From Phycisphaerae bacterium (GTDB taxonomy: Bacteria; Planctomycetota; Phycisphaerae; Sedimentisphaerales; Anaerobacaceae): 27,221 bases of DNA. Both the position numbers and the translations under genes were made by a program. The notes under the pieces were generated by a model, which worked only from the letters and a program-made list of their open reading frames with translations, did not search any database and was not told the DNA's origin. The stretch covers positions 6,227 through 33,447 of the forward strand of contig JBBABK010000001.1 of assembly GCA_041657685.1 (NCBI GenBank), read 5' to 3'. Shown here piece after piece: positions 1 through 7,817 of this stretch (within the stretch, counting starts at the first letter, position 1; the number at the start of each line of letters is the position of its first letter).

Positions 1-2
1 TA

Positions 3-716
3 CTTGTTCTGATTAAGCCGGACGCGCTGAAAAATTCGCTGACGGGATTTATTTTTTCACAGCTTTCGGAGTTCAATACCGGCGCGCGGTTCGCGGCGGC
101 GAAGATTGTGAACGTCAGCAGATTTATGGCGGAGGAGCATTATCACGAGCACGAGGGCAAGGTGTTTTACGAGTCGCTGCTGGATTATATTACGGGCAGG
201 ATTCATTATTCGGAAGAAGAAAAATGGAAGCGGCGGGTAATCGCGATTGTGTATATGGGGCCTAAGGTGCTGTCGAAGCTGCGTTCGATAGCGGGGCCGA
301 CGAACCCGCATCGTGCGCGTGATGAACGGCCCGGGTGCGTTCGCGCGCTGGGAACGGTTGTGCCGATTATGGACGAAGCGGGCAAGACGATTGATAACCG
401 GCTCGATAATCTGATTCACACGTCGGCGACGTACGCCGATGCGGAGCGGGAGATTAAGCTGTGGTTTTTGCCGCAGGATTTTCCGCCTTTGATGCGGATA
501 TACCCGACAGAGGTTTGTAACAGTCATTATTATTTCAAGGACGGGCGGGTGTATGATACGTACGAGGCGGGCAGTGTGTTTCTGCTGGCGCCGGGTGACA
601 TCGCATGGAAGAGCGATTTGGAAATTCTGCAGAGCTTTCTCGGCGGGCAGCAGGGAATCGGCAGACTGAACTCGGTTGTGGCCAAGTATCTTATCAACAG
701 AGAAGCACAGGTTTAA
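3..716 (+). CDS. ndk: Nucleoside diphosphate kinase-like protein (5' truncated by window edge)
   Basis: The frame is open from base 3: LVLIKPDALKNSLTG...AEEHYHEHEGKVF...LRSIAGPT...PGCVR...NLIHTSATYADAEREIKLWF. This matches the NDK motifs IKPD, HYxEH and NxxH(G/T)S..EI.LWF, with the catalytic His retained. The ORF-track start at 108 is internal. Confidence 0.85.
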   Translation, partial: LVLIKPDALKNSLTGFIFSQLSEFNTGARFAAAKIVNVSRFMAEEHYHEHEGKVFYESLLDYITGRIHYSEEEKWKRRVIAIVYMGPKVLSKLRSIAGPTNPHRARDERPGCVRALGTVVPIMDEAGKTIDNRLDNLIHTSATYADAEREIKLWFLPQDFPPLMRIYPTEVCNSHYYFKDGRVYDTYEAGSVFLLAPGDIAWKSDLEILQSFLGGQQGIGRLNSVVAKYLINREAQV

Positions 717-747
717 CAAATCAGTGTCAGGAAAATGGAGACTCCAG

Positions 748-1986
748 ATGGCTAAGAAAACTGTTGCGGATATCGATGTAAAGGGCAAGAAGATTTTGAT
801 GCGGTGCGATTTCAACGTGCCGCTGGATGATAAGCAAAATATCACGAGCGACGACCGGATAGTCAAGGCGCTGCCGACGATAAAAGCGGTGCTGAGCGGC
901 GGCGGAGCGCTGATTTTGATGAGCCATTTGGGCAGGCCCAAAGGCGAGCCGGACCCGAAATTCAGTCTGGAACCGGTGGCGAGACGGCTCAGCGAACGGC
1001 TCGGCAAAAATGTTATTTTCGCCAATGACTGCATCGGCGAAGACGTGAAGAAAAAAGTCGCGGCACTTGAAGCCGGCGACGTGATGCTGCTGGAGAACGT
1101 GCGATTCCATAAGGAAGAAACAATCAAAGACAAAGCGGCCAAGGAAGATGCGCAGCTTCGCGCGGCGAAAGATAATTTTGCGAAAGAGATTGCGGCGCTG
1201 GGTGACGTGTATGTGGATGACGCGTTCGGGACGGCTCATCGGGATAACGCGTCGATGTACACGGTGCCGATGATGATGGAAAGCAAGCCGAGGGTTATTG
1301 GGTTTTTGATTGAGAAGGAGTTGAAATTTCTCGGTGAGACGGTGAGCAACCCTGACAAACCTTTTGTGGCTATACTCGGCGGAGCGAAGGTGTCGGATAA
1401 AATCGGCGTGATTGAGAACCTGATGAACAAGGTCGATACGATTCTCATCGGCGGGGCGATGGCGTATACGTTCTTCAAGGCGCAGGGATTTAAAATCGGC
1501 AAGAGTTTATGCGAAGATGATTTTCTCGATAAGGCGACGGCGCTTTTGGAGCAGGCGAAAAAATTAGATTGCGAAATAGTGCTGCCGGAAGATTCGGTAG
1601 TCGCCAGGGAAATCAAACCCGGCGCCGAGCACAAGAACGTGCTGAAGGACATCGAGGACGACTGGCTGGGACTGGATATAGGGCCAAAGACGTGCAGGCT
1701 GTTCGCGGAGAAATTAGAAGGCGCAAAGACGATTGTGTGGAACGGGCCCATGGGCGTGTTCGAGACGCCCCCTTTCGATGAAGGGACAAAGGCAGTGGCA
1801 CGGGCGGTCGCGGCTGCGACGGACGCGGGGGCGAGAAGCGTAGTCGGCGGCGGCGACAGCGCCAGCGCGCTGAATAAATTAGGGCTGGCGGATAGAATCA
1901 GTCATATCTCGACCGGCGGCGGCGCGAGCCTGGAATTTCTCGAAGGCAAGAAATTCGTGTGCATCGAAATTCTCGATGAAAAATAG
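748..1986 (+). CDS. pgk: Phosphoglycerate kinase
   Basis: MRCDFNVP, SHLGRPKG, LLENVRF, DAFGTAHR, LGGAKVSDKI, WNGPMGVFE, GGGDS, HISTGGGASLEFLEG. ATG at 748 with GGAG at 737-740. Confidence 0.98.
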   Translation: MAKKTVADIDVKGKKILMRCDFNVPLDDKQNITSDDRIVKALPTIKAVLSGGGALILMSHLGRPKGEPDPKFSLEPVARRLSERLGKNVIFANDCIGEDVKKKVAALEAGDVMLLENVRFHKEETIKDKAAKEDAQLRAAKDNFAKEIAALGDVYVDDAFGTAHRDNASMYTVPMMMESKPRVIGFLIEKELKFLGETVSNPDKPFVAILGGAKVSDKIGVIENLMNKVDTILIGGAMAYTFFKAQGFKIGKSLCEDDFLDKATALLEQAKKLDCEIVLPEDSVVAREIKPGAEHKNVLKDIEDDWLGLDIGPKTCRLFAEKLEGAKTIVWNGPMGVFETPPFDEGTKAVARAVAAATDAGARSVVGGGDSASALNKLGLADRISHISTGGGASLEFLEGKKFVCIEILDEK

Positions 1987-2028
1987 TTGATAGTTAATAG
2001 TGAATAGTCGTTAGTGAGTAGTGAATAG
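1984..2028 (+). repeat. Degenerate heptamer tandem array (TAGTGAA)n, about 6.5 units
   Basis: tagttga tagttaa tagtgaa tagtcgt tagtgag tagtgaa tag. The first unit begins with the pgk stop codon. Confidence 0.9.
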
Positions 2029-2031
2029 CAG

Positions 2032-2058
2032 AGGGCCGGGCGAGCCGGCCCTTTTTTT
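2032..2058 (+). terminator. Rho-independent terminator after pgk
   Basis: AGGGCCGG-gcgag-CCGGCCCT stem followed by a T run. Confidence 0.85.
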
Positions 2059-2140
2059 GTTTTATAATGGAAATACGGCAGAGGGCGAGATAAAATTGGA
2101 AATTGAACAGGGATTCGAAAGCACAAATGTTTTCGAGCGG

Positions 2141-2211
2141 AACCCCCTAATAAATTAGGGGGCTAAATTAAACGGCAGAAGGTGACCCCCGCCTGTGCAG
2201 CGGGGGCTAAA
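2141..2211. repeat. Tandem pair of REP-like hairpins CCCCC-N-GGGGG-CTAAA
   Basis: CCCCCTAA-taaa-TTAGGGGG-CTAAA (stem 2143-2162) and CCCCCGC-ctgtgca-GCGGGGG-CTAAA (stem 2186-2206). Confidence 0.7.
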
Positions 2212-2232
2212 CCGAAATATGACGGGGTTGTT

Positions 2233-2913
2233 ATGAGTGGATTGAGATTGCCGAAGGCTGGGACGGTCGAAGTTGTGCCGTCGATACTGAGCGCGGATTT
2301 TGCGAAGCTGGCCGATGAGCTTGCGCAAGTGAAAGCCGCCGGGGTGAAGATGGTGCATCTCGACGTGATGGACGGGCACTTCGTGCCGAACATTACGATT
2401 GGGCCGCCGGTAATTGCCAAGCTGCGTCAGCACAGCGATTTGGTTTTCGACAGTCACCTGATGATAACTGCCCCGGAACTTTATGCCGAGCAGTTCGTCG
2501 AGGCGGGCGTGAATAATATAACGTTTCATATCGAGGCGGCGAAGGAGCCGGAGAAATTAATTGAGAATTTGCACAAGTGGGGATGCACGGCCGGGGTGAC
2601 GCTCAATCCGGATACGCCGGTCGAGGCGATAAGGAAAATTGCGCCGCTGTGCGATATGGTACTTGTTATGACGGTCGAGCCCGGTTTCGGTGCGCAGGAG
2701 TTTATGCCTGAGGCGGCGAAAAAGGTTATCGAGGTGCGAAAGATTGTGGGGCCTGATATTCGCGTGGAAGTTGACGGCGGGATTAATCCGGAGACTGTGC
2801 CGACGGTTATAAGATACGGGGCCGATACGCTGGTAGCGGGCAACGCGGTATTCGGCACGGGCGACCGTGCGGCGGCGATTGAGGCGATTCGCAAAGCAGC
2901 GGGGATTAGTTAA
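2233..2913 (+). CDS. rpe: Ribulose-phosphate 3-epimerase
   Basis: PSILSADF, HLDVMDGHFVPNIT.G, DSHLM, VLVMTVEPGFGAQ, EVDGGIN, LVAGNAVF. ATG 2233 is preferred over GTG 2182, which lies in a hairpin repeat. Confidence 0.96.
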   Translation: MSGLRLPKAGTVEVVPSILSADFAKLADELAQVKAAGVKMVHLDVMDGHFVPNITIGPPVIAKLRQHSDLVFDSHLMITAPELYAEQFVEAGVNNITFHIEAAKEPEKLIENLHKWGCTAGVTLNPDTPVEAIRKIAPLCDMVLVMTVEPGFGAQEFMPEAAKKVIEVRKIVGPDIRVEVDGGINPETVPTVIRYGADTLVAGNAVFGTGDRAAAIEAIRKAAGIS

Positions 2914-2941
2914 TAGTCATTAGTCGTTAGTGAATAGTGAA
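2907..2941 (+). repeat. Heptamer array (TAGTGAA-type), 5 units
   Basis: tagttaa tagtcat tagtcgt tagtgaa tagtgaa. The rpe stop TAA lies within unit 1. Confidence 0.9.
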
Positions 2942-2970
2942 TGGACGGGGGAGTGGTTTTTTGGTAGAAT
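2942..2970 (+). promoter_or_regulatory. Putative sigma-70 promoter for accD
   Basis: TGGACG-17 nt-TAGAAT between two heptamer arrays. Confidence 0.45.
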
Positions 2971-2978
2971 CCTTACGA

Positions 2979-3021
2979 TAGTGAATAGTCGTTAGTGAAT
3001 AGTGAATAGTATAGTGAATAG
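2979..3021 (+). repeat. Heptamer array (TAGTGAA-type), about 6 units
   Basis: tagtgaa tagtcgt tagtgaa tagtgaa tagta tagtgaa tag, ending 4 nt before the accD ATG. Confidence 0.9.
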
Positions 3022-3025
3022 CAGT

Positions 3026-3868
3026 ATGGGTAAATCGAAGCAGAAGTGGGATGGGTTCAGTATTAAGCCTCGCAGGGAGATGCCCGAGGGGCTGTGGGTT
3101 CGCTGTCCTGGCTGTGAGCATACGATTTATAAAAGCTCGGTCGAGAAGAATATGAACGTCTGTCCGCAGTGCAATCATCATTTTCGGCTTAGCGCGGACC
3201 TGCGGATTCAATATCTGGTCGATGAGGGGACATTCGAGGAAGAACTGGGAGAGATGCGGAGCACCGACCCGCTTGATTTCAAATTTCGCGAAACTTCATA
3301 TAAAGACCGGCTGGAAAACGAGGAACGAAAGAGCGGCTCTATTGAGGCGATAAAAATCGGCAAGGCGTTCATCAAGGGCCGAGGTGTGATATTGGCGGTG
3401 ATGGACCCGAATTTCCTGATGGGGTCGATGGGAGCGGTGGTCGGCGAAAAATTCTGCGCCGCGGCTGAAAAGGCCGCACAGGAAAATCTGCCGTTGGTTG
3501 CGATTATATGTTCGGGCGGGGCGAGGATGCACGAGTCGGTGATTGCGGTGCAGCAAATGGCAAAGACCAGCGCGGCCGTGGCCAGACTCGATGAGGCGGG
3601 CGGGCTTTACATCGCGGTGCTGACGGACCCGACGACCGGCGGAGTGACGGCGAGCTTTGCGATGCTCGGCGATGTCACCATCGCGGAGCCGGGCGCGCTG
3701 ATTGGTTTTACGGGCAGGCGGGTAATAGCCGAGACGATTAAAGTGGAGCTGCCGGAGGGATTTCAGACGGCCGAGTTTATGCTCGAACACGGATTTATAG
3801 ATATGATTGTGGAGCGGAAGAATTTGCGAAGCGAGATAGCGCGGCTGATTGACTACACGAGCAAATGA
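3026..3868 (+). CDS. accD: Acetyl-CoA carboxylase carboxyltransferase beta subunit
   Basis: Zinc finger LWVRCPGC...VCPQCNHHFR, GSMGAVVGEK, SGGARMHES, PTTGGVTASFAMLGD, AEPGALIGFTGRRVI, FQTAEFMLEHGFID. Confidence 0.97.
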   Translation: MGKSKQKWDGFSIKPRREMPEGLWVRCPGCEHTIYKSSVEKNMNVCPQCNHHFRLSADLRIQYLVDEGTFEEELGEMRSTDPLDFKFRETSYKDRLENEERKSGSIEAIKIGKAFIKGRGVILAVMDPNFLMGSMGAVVGEKFCAAAEKAAQENLPLVAIICSGGARMHESVIAVQQMAKTSAAVARLDEAGGLYIAVLTDPTTGGVTASFAMLGDVTIAEPGALIGFTGRRVIAETIKVELPEGFQTAEFMLEHGFIDMIVERKNLRSEIARLIDYTSK

Positions 3869-3919
3869 CGCTTGATGTCACCGGATATTAAAACACTAAG
3901 ACACAAAAACACCAAGTAA

Positions 3920-3968
3920 CCCCGTCACATCCCGATAAAAAACAATCGGGAATGATGACGGGGCTAAA
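3920..3968. repeat. Compound hairpin (REP-like; possible bidirectional terminator between accD and the phosphatase gene)
   Basis: CCCCGTCA-cat-CCCGAT-aaaaaaca-ATCGGG-aatga-TGACGGGG-CTAAA. Confidence 0.7.
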
Positions 3969-3987
3969 TATAGAGGGATTTCAAGTT

Positions 3988-5331
3988 TTAATCGAGAAGG
4001 GCGAATATTGTTTTGGCGATTATGGTGTTGTCGATGTAGGGGCCTCTTATGGGGTCGAGGTTCGATTCGGCGTTTTTGAAAAGCACTACACCCTGGCCTT
4101 TCGAATAAAACGGGACGAGCGAGTTCGTATGGTCGTGGCTGTTGAATTCCAATCCCGGCATTTTGCCCTGACCGAGGTTCGTAATTTCATTCCATTTTGG
4201 GCCGTCTGGTGTGTCGCCGGAGTTGGGGCCGGTGAGGTAGCCGCATTCGTGGTCTGCGGTGACAATCAGCAGCGTATCGCTCCACGAGCTTTTCGCATTG
4301 ACCCAGTTCATCACGGCTTCGACGGCTTTATTAAAATCGATTTGCTCTTCGAGCATTCTGCCGGGCTGATTTTTATGGCTTGCCCAATCGACGGCGCCGC
4401 CTTCAATCATCAGGAAAAATCCGTCGGGGTCATCGTCGAGGATGTTCAGCGCGGCTTTTGACATTTCCGCGAGCGTGGGGACGGAATCGATTAGCGGGAC
4501 TCCGTAAGGCTCGGCTAAAACATTTCCGGAGCGCCCCTGCTGGAGCGTCGGCGAAATTTGCGCTAAGCCGAGGACGCGTTTGGGCGTGTTGCCGTCGGCG
4601 AGAGCGATAAATTCATCGCGGGTTTGCACGAGCGTCCATGGGTCGGGCGTTCCGTCGGCATCGGCATCGGCATCGGCGCCGGCGGTACCGGCGACGATTA
4701 AATCCCATGTGGATTGGCCGCCGACGTAATTGAAATCGTTCGGCTCGGCTATGAGTTTGCCATCGGAGTTGTATAACGGATTGCACGCGCCCATTACGCA
4801 ATCAACCGCGGATTCGAGCAGCATTTGTTTTGCGATTTGTTCGTAGCTGTTGCGAGACTTATTATGTGCGACGAAGCCTGCGGGGGTCGAGTGGCTGATT
4901 GGGACGGTGGTTACGACGCCTGTGGATTTGCCGAGCTGTTCGCAGCGTTCGGTTATATTTTTTACCGGGGCTTTGTTTGGGTCAACGCCGAGATAACCGT
5001 TTTTGGTTTTGATGCCGGTGCTCATCGCGGTGGCCGCTGCGGCCGAGTCGGTATATCCTTGTTTTACATAACCGAAGGACGCCCAGGCGAGTTGCGGCGA
5101 GTATGAGCCTTTTGCGGGGAAGGTTGACATCGCGATACCGAGTGTGAAATCGGTATAGGGCGGGCTGACGGGTTGGCCTGACTGATAAATCGAGGCGGCG
5201 GCAATGTGATTAAAGCCCGAGCCGTCGCCAATCATAATTATTATATTTTTGGGTGCATCGGCTGCGGCGGCTGATGTGATGAAGAAACCAGCGATGAGTA
5301 AGCAGGCGAATTGTTTTGTGTATTTATTCAT
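3988..5331 (-). CDS. phoA: Alkaline phosphatase (PhoA family), secreted
   Basis: IIIMIGDG, TDSAAAATAMSTG (Ser nucleophile), HSTPAGF, FLMIEGGAVDWASH, IVTADHECG, HTNSLVP, and an N-terminal signal peptide. Confidence 0.92.
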   Translation of the reverse strand: MNKYTKQFACLLIAGFFITSAAAADAPKNIIIMIGDGSGFNHIAAASIYQSGQPVSPPYTDFTLGIAMSTFPAKGSYSPQLAWASFGYVKQGYTDSAAAATAMSTGIKTKNGYLGVDPNKAPVKNITERCEQLGKSTGVVTTVPISHSTPAGFVAHNKSRNSYEQIAKQMLLESAVDCVMGACNPLYNSDGKLIAEPNDFNYVGGQSTWDLIVAGTAGADADADADGTPDPWTLVQTRDEFIALADGNTPKRVLGLAQISPTLQQGRSGNVLAEPYGVPLIDSVPTLAEMSKAALNILDDDPDGFFLMIEGGAVDWASHKNQPGRMLEEQIDFNKAVEAVMNWVNAKSSWSDTLLIVTADHECGYLTGPNSGDTPDGPKWNEITNLGQGKMPGLEFNSHDHTNSLVPFYSKGQGVVLFKNAESNLDPIRGPYIDNTIIAKTIFALLD

Positions 5332-5451
5332 AGTTGTCTCCTCAAAGTATTATACAGGTTTTATTGGTCTTATAACAGTTATTGTTGACTTAAATTGGTT
5401 GGCGGGTACACTTTAGGCGTTGATTGACTAATCCATTGTTGTGAGGCTGAT

Positions 5452-5928
5452 ATGAAATTAATTACGAGCTTGGCGGCGGGTATTATCCTTTGCATTATCT
5501 GCTGCGGGTGCGAAATCGAACAGGGGATAACCAAATTTAAACAACCGACCGCGAGTCTTAAAAACGTGCGACTCACACAGGCCGATGCCAACGACGTCAA
5601 GCTGGTGTTTGAGATTCAGGTCGATAATCCGTATTGCGTTTCATTGCCGCTGACGAACATCGATTACAGAATGACCGTCGGCAAAGCGATGCTGATTAGC
5701 GGCGGAGCCGAGGTCGATGCGAAGGTACTGCCGGGGCAAAGTATCGTAGTCGAACTGCCCGCCGATATATCACAGGACGAATTCATACAGACGTTTGGAA
5801 GTTTCAAACCCGGCGCGAAGATTGCGTACGAAGCCGACGTGGGCCTGTTGGTCGATACGCCTGTCATCGGCCCCGTCAGGATGCCGCTGGAAAAGACGGG
5901 AAGCATCGAATCACCCTCAAAAAAGTAA
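5452..5928 (+). CDS. LEA type 2 / WHy domain lipoprotein
   Basis: Hydrophobic N-terminus ending in a Cys (CCGC) lipobox-like site. VDNPY.VSLPLTNIDYRM..G..M..G and the V.LP pattern are typical of LEA14/WHy. Confidence 0.7.
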   Translation: MKLITSLAAGIILCIICCGCEIEQGITKFKQPTASLKNVRLTQADANDVKLVFEIQVDNPYCVSLPLTNIDYRMTVGKAMLISGGAEVDAKVLPGQSIVVELPADISQDEFIQTFGSFKPGAKIAYEADVGLLVDTPVIGPVRMPLEKTGSIESPSKK

Positions 5929-5932
5929 AAAC

Positions 5933-6046
5933 TCTAATCTCTAAACTCTAAATCCTAAATAATATCTAATATCGAAATTCAAATGTTCAAAACCGTTTTG
6001 AGCGTTTTGAAGTTCGTGCTTTGAATTTGTTTAGGATTTAGGATTT
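5933..6046. repeat. Inverted pair of degenerate heptamer arrays (AAATCCT/AATATCT type)
   Basis: Left arm tctaatc tctaaac tctaaat cctaaat aatatct aatatcg aaattca aatgttc. Right arm ttgaatt tgt ttaggat ttaggat tt. Centre caaaac-cg-ttttg. Confidence 0.8.
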
Positions 6047-6545
6047 CTTCGAGTTGGAGCATTTTGGATTTGGTGCGACTGCCGCCGGGTGCACTAAATT
6101 GGCCGATTGAGCCGTCGCTGCGGATGACCCTGTGGCAGGGGATAATCAACGGAAACGGATTGCGGGCTAAAACGCTGCCGACGGCACGAATCGCTTTTGG
6201 ATTGCCCGCTTTTAAAGCTAATTGAGCGTAAGTAATGGTTTGGCGGGGCTTTATCTTTCGGCAGGCGGTTAAAACCGATGCTGAAAACGGCGTCAAACCG
6301 CTCAAATCCAGTTTGACATCCGCAAAATCGTCATCGCAAGTGCCTTGGTAATAAGCCTTTATGCGTTTTTGCAGCGTCGGCATATAGCGGGGAGCATACT
6401 CGGCTGGTCCGAAGGCGGTCGAAAAAAGCCGTTTTAACCGGCCGCAATCGGCTATCGGCAGATGGGCAGCGATGAGTCGGTTATCAGTGCCGACAAGGCC
6501 GAACCAGCCCCAGGCGGTTTTGAAAACGGTGAATCGCAGGTTCAT
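5979..6545 (-). CDS. ogt: Methylated-DNA--protein-cysteine methyltransferase
   Basis: ITYAQLA...GNPKAIRAVG...RNPFPLIIPCHRVIRSDG.IG.F...GG...K..ML.LE, including the PCHR active site. Confidence 0.93.
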   Translation of the reverse strand: MNLRFTVFKTAWGWFGLVGTDNRLIAAHLPIADCGRLKRLFSTAFGPAEYAPRYMPTLQKRIKAYYQGTCDDDFADVKLDLSGLTPFSASVLTACRKIKPRQTITYAQLALKAGNPKAIRAVGSVLARNPFPLIIPCHRVIRSDGSIGQFSAPGGSRTKSKMLQLEEILNPKQIQSTNFKTLKTVLNI

Positions 6546-6654
6546 CACGATATTTTAACGCGGAGCAGCCTGAAATGTAGTGATTTTGTTGACTATGGAC
6601 GAAAAAACTGGTAAAAACTACAGTTTTATCATAATCAGAGAAACGGACCGAAAA

Positions 6655-7725
6655 ATGACTATCCAGCGGCACAGGCAGCGAATTGACGCGATTGACAATG
6701 AGCTTGTCGGACTGCTCAACGAACGCGCGCAGGTGGTTATCGAAATCGGCAAGCTCAAGAACAAGAGCGGCACCGCGATTTATGCGCCCGACCGCGAGAA
6801 GGAAGTGTTCGAGAAGATAAAAGCCGTCAATCAGGGGCCGCTGCCTGATAAAACACTGCTTGCGATTTGGCGGGAACTGATGAGCGGTTCGTTCGCACTG
6901 GAAAGGCCTTTGCGAATCGGGTATCTCGGCCCGCAGGGGAGTTTCAGTCACAACGCGGCTATGCTGAAATTCGGACAGAGCGTCGAGTACGAATCGCTGA
7001 CGGATATACGAAGCATTTTCGACGAGGTGAGCAAGGGACATTGCGATTTGGGACTGGTTCCGATTGAGAACACGACCGGCGGCGGCGTCATCGAGACGCT
7101 GGATGCGTTCGTGGATACGGACGTGAAAATATGCGCGGAAGTTTTTATGTCGATACATCATAATCTTATGGCCAATTGCGAGCTTGAGGCGATTGATAGG
7201 ATTTATTCCAAGCCGGAAGTCTTCGCGCAGTGCCGTAACTGGCTAAGCGCTACGTTCAAGGAGGCCAAGACAATTGCGGTGGCATCGACGGCCAAGGCGG
7301 CGCAACTGGCATCGCAGGAGCAGAATGCCGCGGCTATTGGTTCAGCCATCGCGGCTGAGCTTTACGGATTGAAAGTCATTTGTGAAAATATCGAGGATAT
7401 TACAAATAACATCACGCGATTTTTCGCGATTAGCAAGGAAGACGCAAGGCCGACCGGTGAAGACAAGACGGCGATACTTTTCAGCACGGCCCATAAGGCG
7501 GGCGCGCTGGCTGACGTGCTGGACGTGTTCAAGCAGCACGAAATAAATCTTACGAATATCGAATCGAGGCCGAGCAGGAAGCGTGAATGGGAATATTATT
7601 TCTTTATGGATTTTCTCGGCCATCGGACGGATATGAACGTGATAAGGGGGCTGGAAGCTGCACGCGAGCATTGTTTGCAGCTTTCGATACTGGGCAGCTT
7701 CCCGCGCGCGAAGGAAACGCTGTAG
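6655..7725 (+). CDS. pheA: Bifunctional chorismate mutase / prephenate dehydratase (P-protein)
   Basis: N-terminal R.RIDAIDNELV.LLNERA chorismate mutase domain, YLGPQGSFSH, VPIENTT.G, ENIED...NITRF, and ACT domain INLTNIESRPS. Confidence 0.96.
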   Translation: MTIQRHRQRIDAIDNELVGLLNERAQVVIEIGKLKNKSGTAIYAPDREKEVFEKIKAVNQGPLPDKTLLAIWRELMSGSFALERPLRIGYLGPQGSFSHNAAMLKFGQSVEYESLTDIRSIFDEVSKGHCDLGLVPIENTTGGGVIETLDAFVDTDVKICAEVFMSIHHNLMANCELEAIDRIYSKPEVFAQCRNWLSATFKEAKTIAVASTAKAAQLASQEQNAAAIGSAIAAELYGLKVICENIEDITNNITRFFAISKEDARPTGEDKTAILFSTAHKAGALADVLDVFKQHEINLTNIESRPSRKREWEYYFFMDFLGHRTDMNVIRGLEAAREHCLQLSILGSFPRAKETL

Positions 7726-7735
7726 CATTGGTGAG

Positions 7736-7803
7736 TGGTTAATTAGTTAATTGGTGAGCGATATTATGTCAATTAACCAATTAACCAATTAACAAATTAA
7801 CAA
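7736..7803. repeat. Inverted octamer tandem arrays (GGTTAATT / CAATTAAC)
   Basis: tggttaattagttaattggt ... caattaac caattaac caattaac aaattaac aa between pheA and tpiA. Confidence 0.85.
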
Positions 7804-7817
7804 GATAGGAGTAAGTA

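Noticed and set aside
57-1142. 361-aa minus-strand ORF
   Set aside because: Antisense shadow of ndk and pgk with no recognisable motifs. Long shadow ORFs are expected opposite GC-rich coding strands.
1984-3021. Possible CRISPR array
   Set aside because: The units are 7 bp and contiguous, with no 23-47 bp repeats, no unique spacers and no cas genes.
4660-4683. (GCATCG)n repeat in the phosphatase gene encoding ADADAD
   Set aside because: A codon-multiple repeat giving a DxDxDG-like loop, best explained as protein-level sequence rather than the heptamer module family.
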